A stretch of DNA of 32,000 nt from an uncultured bacterium (lineage in GTDB: Bacteria; Margulisbacteria; WOR-1; CAVSGV01): positions 60,001-92,000 of the forward strand of contig OY969425.1 of NCBI GenBank assembly GCA_963699255.1, in the 5' to 3' direction. The notes under the pieces are model-generated. The model saw nothing but the letters and a program-made list of their open reading frames with translations, did not search any database and had not been told where the DNA came from. The translations under genes were made by a program, and so were the position numbers. How positions within the stretch are numbered: position 1 is the stretch's first letter; the number at the start of each line of letters is the position of its first letter. Shown piece by piece: positions 27,014 to 32,000 of this stretch.

Positions 27014-28081
27014 ATGAAGAGCTGTAAAATTAATGCGCAAAAGTCAATATCGCCTGCCTGCCGGCAGGCACGGCGATCCATAAGCCGGAGCTTATTTTTC
27101 GTGCTTTTCACTTTCGCGTTTTTCTTTTTGGCTTTTGGTCTTGCCTTTGCGGCGTCGCCTGCCGTGAGGATGAAAGATATAGCGCATGTGCTTGAAGCCA
27201 GGGACAATCAGCTGATGGGATTCGGGCTTGTTGCGGGGCTGAAGAACAGCGGAGATTCCTTTCAAACGCAATTCACGAAACAGGCGCTTACCAACCTTCT
27301 TTCCAGGATGGGGATCGCTCCTCAAGACAAAGAATTCAGGTCAAAAAATGTCGCCTCGGTCATGGTGACGGCAAAACTACCTCCTTATTCACCGGTCGGA
27401 CAAAAAATTGACGTTGTTGTTTCTTCTCTGGGAGATGCAACAAGCCTTCAGGGAGGGACCCTTCTTATGACGCCGCTGATGGGTGCGGATGACGATGTGT
27501 ATGCCGTTGCTCAGGGGCCGATCGCAGTGGGTTTTTCAGGCATGGAAGGCTCTGATGTAACGCCGGCTGAGAAAAGACAAACGGACGTCGGCAGGATCGT
27601 GAACGGAGCGATAGTGGAGCGTGAAGTCCCGGTTTCTATTGATCAGAACTATGTAACTGTTGTGATCGACAAGCCTGATTATACGACCGCGTCGCGGATC
27701 GTTAGCGCTATGAGGCAGGCTGGAATAAGCGCGAGGGCAAGAGATGCCGCCACAATAATAGCTTCAAAGGAAGCAAGTCAGGACATGGTCGATTATATTT
27801 CCACGATCGGAAATTTGACCATAGTGCCTGATGCGGTCGCCCGCATAGTGATTAACGAGATAACGGGAGTGGTGGTCATGGGAGAGAACGTGAAGATCGC
27901 GCCGGTTGCGGTGTCATATGGGGATGTGAACGTGACCGTATCGTCCGGAACGGCTGAAGCAACGCTTTCCGATATAGTCTCAGCCTTGAATGCGGTCGGG
28001 ATCAAGCCAAAGGACCTGGTGGCGATCATTCACGCGATCAAATCATCCGGAGCGATCTCGGCTGATGTAGAGGTGATGTAA
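27014..28081 (+). CDS. flgI: Flagellar P-ring protein FlgI
   Basis: VRMKDIAHVLEARDNQLMGFGLVAGLKNSGDS, GGTLLMTPLMGADDDVYAVAQGPIAVGF. ATG 27014 is in frame and follows the flgH stop. Confidence 0.95.
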   Translation: MKSCKINAQKSISPACRQARRSISRSLFFVLFTFAFFFLAFGLAFAASPAVRMKDIAHVLEARDNQLMGFGLVAGLKNSGDSFQTQFTKQALTNLLSRMGIAPQDKEFRSKNVASVMVTAKLPPYSPVGQKIDVVVSSLGDATSLQGGTLLMTPLMGADDDVYAVAQGPIAVGFSGMEGSDVTPAEKRQTDVGRIVNGAIVEREVPVSIDQNYVTVVIDKPDYTTASRIVSAMRQAGISARARDAATIIASKEASQDMVDYISTIGNLTIVPDAVARIVINEITGVVVMGENVKIAPVAVSYGDVNVTVSSGTAEATLSDIVSALNAVGIKPKDLVAIIHAIKSSGAISADVEVM

Positions 28082-28369
28082 GTGGATTCATATATAACAG
28101 GCATTGATCCTTTGTATGCGATCGGCTCGAACATCAATTTGAACAGGGTCAATACAAAGGCTGATGCGGGGCGCGAATTTGTTTCCATCTTTGTATCGCA
28201 GATATTAAAAGAGGTATTCAATAACCAGAGCGCCATGTTCGGGAAAGAAGGAACGCTTGGGGCTTTCTCGGACAACCTATACAATGATATCCTTGTGGCA
28301 AAGATCTCCAGTGAGATCGCTAAGACCAAATCGTTCGGATTTGATAAACTGATCGCGGGCATAAAATAA
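28082..28369 (+). CDS. flgJ: Rod-binding protein, FlgJ N-terminal-domain type
   Basis: REFVSIFVSQILKEVFNNQ...GAFSDNLYNDILVAKISSEIAKTKSFG; immediately after flgI. GTG start. Confidence 0.78.
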   Translation: MDSYITGIDPLYAIGSNINLNRVNTKADAGREFVSIFVSQILKEVFNNQSAMFGKEGTLGAFSDNLYNDILVAKISSEIAKTKSFGFDKLIAGIK

Positions 28370-29106
28370 TGGCAATTAAAAAGAAAGCCGCCAACACCGT
28401 GGCACAGAAACAGGAAGATATGCCGATCAAAATGGCTGAGATGTACATGCCTCTTGTCCATTCGATCGCTTCGGTTGTCTCAAATAAAGGGCTTCCCCCA
28501 AGCATTGATTACAATGATCTGGTCGCGGACGGGACCGTAGGGCTGATGAAGGCATGGAAGAGTTTTGACCCGGGCCGCGGGGTTAAATTCGAGACATATG
28601 CTTCATACAGGATAAGGGGGGAGATACTGGACGGATTGAAGAATTACAACCCCGTGCCTTACAGGGTGCAGGTAATGATAAGAGATGTCGCAAAAAGAGG
28701 CTACTCAGCGATAACCGGCAAGAAGAAACTGGAGGAAGAAGAGAGTTACGAAAAAAAAGAAATATCCGAAGAGGAATTCAAGAACGCCATAACCAAAATA
28801 AGAAAGATCGTATCCGCTTCAGCGCTCATGTATTTGATGTCGCTCGAATCCGCCCAGGAAGCCGGCGTTGAGATCAACGTGTCATCAGAAAAAACACCTG
28901 CGGAAGAAGTTGAATTCGCCGAGCTAAGAGCGAGGCTTAAAAATTCCTTGATGGAACTTCCGGACCTTGAGCAAAAAGTCATTGACCTGTTCTTTAACCG
29001 CGACATGAGCCAGAAGGATATTGCGTCAAAAATGAAGCTATCAAGGAGCAAGGTGAACAGGATCATCGGAAGGACCGTGGTCTTCCTGAGGGAGAAGCTG
29101 AAATAA
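28369..29106 (+). CDS. fliA: Flagellar sigma factor FliA/WhiG family (sigma-28)
   Basis: YMPLVHSIASVVSNKGLPPSIDYNDLVADGTVGLMKAWKSFDPGRGVKFETYASYRIRGEILDGLKN; C-terminal ELPDLEQKVIDLFFNRDMSQKDIASKMKLSRSKVNRI. Confidence 0.92.
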   Translation: MAIKKKAANTVAQKQEDMPIKMAEMYMPLVHSIASVVSNKGLPPSIDYNDLVADGTVGLMKAWKSFDPGRGVKFETYASYRIRGEILDGLKNYNPVPYRVQVMIRDVAKRGYSAITGKKKLEEEESYEKKEISEEEFKNAITKIRKIVSASALMYLMSLESAQEAGVEINVSSEKTPAEEVEFAELRARLKNSLMELPDLEQKVIDLFFNRDMSQKDIASKMKLSRSKVNRIIGRTVVFLREKLK

Positions 29107-29402
29107 TGGCGATGGAAATCTTTGATGATACATTTGTAAGATTACAGCAGAGCATTAACAAGGCGACGATGAAGCAGTCTGTTATCGCGCAGAACATTGC
29201 CAACGTCAATAATCCCAGCTATGAAGCCCTTGAATTTAACGATGTGTTGAATAAGGCCGTGAAAAGGGCGAACAAAAAGGTGGTCCTTGAAGAGGAAATG
29301 GCTGACCTATCGAAGAATTCGCTTGAACACTCAGCTTACGTGAAACTTCTCACGTTAAAAATGAGCGTCCTGCACACAGTGACAACTCAAGGGAAGAAGT
29401 AA
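29106..29402 (+). CDS. flgB: Flagellar basal-body rod protein FlgB
   Basis: KQSVIAQNIANVNNPSYEALEFNDVL; order ahead of flgC. Confidence 0.9.
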   Translation: MAMEIFDDTFVRLQQSINKATMKQSVIAQNIANVNNPSYEALEFNDVLNKAVKRANKKVVLEEEMADLSKNSLEHSAYVKLLTLKMSVLHTVTTQGKK

Positions 29403-29430
29403 ATGCACAGCAACAGGGAGGCGATGCATA

Positions 29431-29859
29431 ATGGGGCTTGATCAGGCGTTAGATATAAGCGTTTCCGCAATAAACACGAACCGGATCTATATGGAGATGA
29501 TTTCAAGCAATTTAGCGAACATTAACACGACAAGGACGGCGCAGGGCGGCCCATACAGGAGAAAGATCCCTGTATTGAGCGAAAAGCCGCTTCAGTTTTC
29601 GGAGTCGTTATCTGCCGCAGAACAAAAGCTATCCGGCGGCATTGAAATTAAAGAAATAGTTGAAGACCCGACCCCTTTTCAAAAAGTGTTCAATCCGGGA
29701 CATCCTGACGCGGACAAAGAAGGGTTCGTCTCGCTTCCAAACGTGTCCCTGGCAAAAGAAATGGTTGACATGGTTTATGTGGAAAAGGTTTATGAGGCGA
29801 ATATAACCGCATTTGAAACGACAAAAAGCATGGCAAAGGAAACCATATCTATACAATGA
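29431..29859 (+). CDS. flgC: Flagellar basal-body rod protein FlgC
   Basis: MISSNLANINTTRTAQGGPYRRKIPV, NPGHPDADKEGFVSLPNVSLAKEMVDMVYVEKVYEANITAFETTKSMAKETI. Confidence 0.94.
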   Translation: MGLDQALDISVSAINTNRIYMEMISSNLANINTTRTAQGGPYRRKIPVLSEKPLQFSESLSAAEQKLSGGIEIKEIVEDPTPFQKVFNPGHPDADKEGFVSLPNVSLAKEMVDMVYVEKVYEANITAFETTKSMAKETISIQ

Positions 29860-29877
29860 ACAAGGAGGGGATGAGTA

Positions 29878-30204
29878 ATGGTTAATTCACCTATAACTCC
29901 TATATCTTTAGCGCAGGTTGCAGGTCCCGCGACCGTGCCGACGGTAACGGCAACCCCCGGGGGGCCGGCTCAGACGGAAAACATCTTTGACCAGGTGCTC
30001 GGACGCGCCGTTGATGCTTTAAATAGCGTTTCAGATTCGGAAATAAACGCGAACAAACTTATCGACCAATATCTTGCAGGAAAGGTGGAACTCTCCGACG
30101 TTATGGTCGCGACTTCGAAGATGACGATCGCTGTTCAGCTTGCGGTTACGACCATAACATCGGCGGTAAGTACTTTTAACCAGATAACCTCAATGGCTAT
30201 TTAG
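29878..30204 (+). CDS. fliE: Flagellar hook-basal body complex protein FliE
   Basis: LINKYLAGKVELSDVMVATSKMTIAVQLAVTTITSAVSTFNQITSM-like C-terminus and fixed position between flgC and fliF. Confidence 0.88.
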   Translation: MVNSPITPISLAQVAGPATVPTVTATPGGPAQTENIFDQVLGRAVDALNSVSDSEINANKLIDQYLAGKVELSDVMVATSKMTIAVQLAVTTITSAVSTFNQITSMAI

Positions 30205-30239
30205 TGTAATGAAGTCGCATATATGAGAAGGATGGCACA

Positions 30240-31673
30240 ATGGCAGAAGATGTAACACCCGCTTCGGGGGGCAGGCAGGTAATAATAATCGCAACTGTAA
30301 TAGCAGTTGTTTTTTTTACAATTTTTATTTTTGGGTTGAGATCCTGTTCAACATCGCCCGATCAAGGGGCCGGAAAACCCAAACTTCCCTCCCAGGTGGT
30401 CATTTATTCAAACCTGGACCTGAAGGATTCAGCGCTGGTAATAACAAGGCTCAAGGAGCTGAAAATCCCCTATGAGATAAGGGATGAAGGCCATTCAATA
30501 GCCGTTCCAAGAGGCCGGGCCGATGATGCGCGGCTCGGGCTTGCGGAAAAAAATCTTCCCGCAGGCGGGACCATTGGATGGGAGATATTTGACCAGGCCA
30601 GACTTGGTGCGACCGACTTCGACAGGCGTATCCAGTTCATCCGCGCGATATCAGGAGAGCTTTCAAGGACAATAAACCGGATAAGCGCCGTTGAGGACGC
30701 AAGGGTCCAGATCGTGATACCCGAGACCAGTATGTTCCAGGCTACAACATCCCCTGTCACCGGGTCCGTTCTTCTAAAGTTAAAACCTGGAGAGATATTG
30801 ACCAAGGGGCAGGTTAACGCCATCGTGCATCTTGTCGCGGGGAGCGTTGAGAATTTAAAGCCTGAAAATATAACCATAATAGACACGAACGGAACTATAT
30901 TAACCGGAGGCGGCGCGGCAAATGAAAACATTGCGGCGAATGAAAATGTCGCGGCGACTGAAAATGTAACAGAAAACGTTCCTGCCGCTCCGGCAGAAAC
31001 GGCGGCCACGCCAAAAGTTGAGGAAAATGCAGAAGTTGTTGTGGCAAAGGAAGAGGAAAAGGCAGCTCTGGGGATCCAGGCAAAGCTTGACCTTGAAAAT
31101 TCATTGACAAGCAAGGTTCAGTCCCTGCTCAATAAGATTTTTCCTCCAAATATCGCGATCGCCAGGGTCAATGTCGATTCGATAAAAACAAGAAAGACCA
31201 CGGTCCTTATCCTGGTAGATAAGTCCTTTAAAATGAACCCCTCCATAAAAAAATCCGCATTTGAGACCGTTTCAGCGGCGGTGGGTTATGACAGAGGCAG
31301 GGGTGACAAAATAATCATGAAGAGCGTTCCTTTTCGCGTGGGAGGGCCTGTACAGGCTCAAGCTCTGGGAGAGAAAAAGCTGGAATTATTTACTTTGGCT
31401 ACTCTTAAAACGATATACCGGAAGTATGGCAGGGAATCTGCGATCGCGATCACCGTGCTTTTTGTGCTGGTCCTGTTCTCAATGTTCAGATCATTAGGAA
31501 AGGGTAAAGGGGGGCGTACTGTTGAGGAGGCTCCCGAAGAAGCGCCCGCCATAGAAGAAGAGCAACAAGAGGAAGGGATCCCTATAGTTGATCAGATGAA
31601 AGAGCTGGCGTCGAGAAATCCGGAACTTGTGGCGCAACTAATTAAATCGTGGGTTGAGGAGGAGGGGGCTTAG
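30240..31673 (+). CDS. fliF: Flagellar M-ring protein FliF
   Basis: VVIYSNLDLKDSALVITRLKELKIPYEI, AISGELSRTINRISAVEDARVQIVIPE; C-terminal IVDQMKELASRNPELVAQLIKSWVEEE FliG-binding motif. Confidence 0.93.
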   Translation: MAEDVTPASGGRQVIIIATVIAVVFFTIFIFGLRSCSTSPDQGAGKPKLPSQVVIYSNLDLKDSALVITRLKELKIPYEIRDEGHSIAVPRGRADDARLGLAEKNLPAGGTIGWEIFDQARLGATDFDRRIQFIRAISGELSRTINRISAVEDARVQIVIPETSMFQATTSPVTGSVLLKLKPGEILTKGQVNAIVHLVAGSVENLKPENITIIDTNGTILTGGGAANENIAANENVAATENVTENVPAAPAETAATPKVEENAEVVVAKEEEKAALGIQAKLDLENSLTSKVQSLLNKIFPPNIAIARVNVDSIKTRKTTVLILVDKSFKMNPSIKKSAFETVSAAVGYDRGRGDKIIMKSVPFRVGGPVQAQALGEKKLELFTLATLKTIYRKYGRESAIAITVLFVLVLFSMFRSLGKGKGGRTVEEAPEEAPAIEEEQQEEGIPIVDQMKELASRNPELVAQLIKSWVEEEGA

Positions 31674-32000
31674 TGTTAAAAGGGCGCGAAAGAGCTGCTG
31701 CTGTCCTGTCGCTTCTGGGAGATGAACTTTCTCAGAAGATTCTTAAGTTATCTTCCCGAAAATGACGCTGTCGCAATAATATCCGCCTCCGAACAGTTAA
31801 AGACCCCTACAAAGCAAGTGTTGCTGGATGTCGTTTCTGAATTTAATGATTACATGGTGAATGCCCAGAAAGCGCCTGTCGAGGCGGTTAAAGAAGAAGG
31901 AATAAGCGAGGCACAGCCTGTCCCCTCTGCTCAACAGGGGACCCCGCTTGATATCATTTCCAGAGCTTCTGCTCAATCTTTGGCTAAAGCGCTTGAACCT
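31673..32000 (+). CDS. fliG: Flagellar motor switch protein FliG, 5' part, with apparent +1 frameshift near 31748; truncated by window edge
   Basis: Frame 1 reads VLKGRERAAAVLSLLGDELSQKILK then LSSRK*. The next frame reads SYLPENDAVAIISASEQLKTPTKQVLLDVVSEFNDYMV...TPLDIISRASAQSLAKALEP to the window end. Confidence 0.82.

Noticed and set aside
30470-31114. 214-aa minus-strand ORF inside fliF
   Set aside because: Ser/Phe/Ala-rich shadow of the FliF low-complexity linker.

Overview
The window looks like one contig piece from a motile diderm bacterium with moderate GC. L-ring and P-ring genes imply an outer membrane. Most of it is core genome. (1) Housekeeping block, ~1-4.6 kb: M20-type peptidase, NUDIX hydrolase, XerC/D recombinase, M50 protease, folC. 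(2) Accessory-looking block, ~4.8-12.3 kb: an AT-rich orphan P-loop ATPase, a methyltransferase, a DUF5678-like and retropepsin-like pair with an in-frame amber codon, pabB, two copies of a composite non-coding repeat, and orphan hypotheticals. (3) Cell-surface and shape block, ~12.3-20.8 kb: beta-propeller lipoprotein, GT2, GT39, SPOR protein, mreB-mreC-mreD-mrdA. (4) rplY. (5) Flagellar cluster, ~22-32 kb: fliK-like, flhB-C-terminal-like, flgF-like, flgG, flgA, panD, flgH, flgI, flgJ, fliA, flgB, flgC, fliE, fliF, fliG. The best leads are: a 107-bp double-hairpin tandem duplication that re-copies the 3' end of the recombinase gene; a lone P-loop ATPase with a C-terminal zinc-ribbon-like motif; an amber-interrupted retropepsin gene with a small duplicated 3' fragment about 1.6 kb away; panD coupled inside the flgA-flgH operon; an apparent +1 base frameshift in fliG; and several palindromic elements at gene starts and ends. 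No CRISPR array, RNA gene or canonical transposase was seen. I see no compelling evidence for a complete new multi-gene system.
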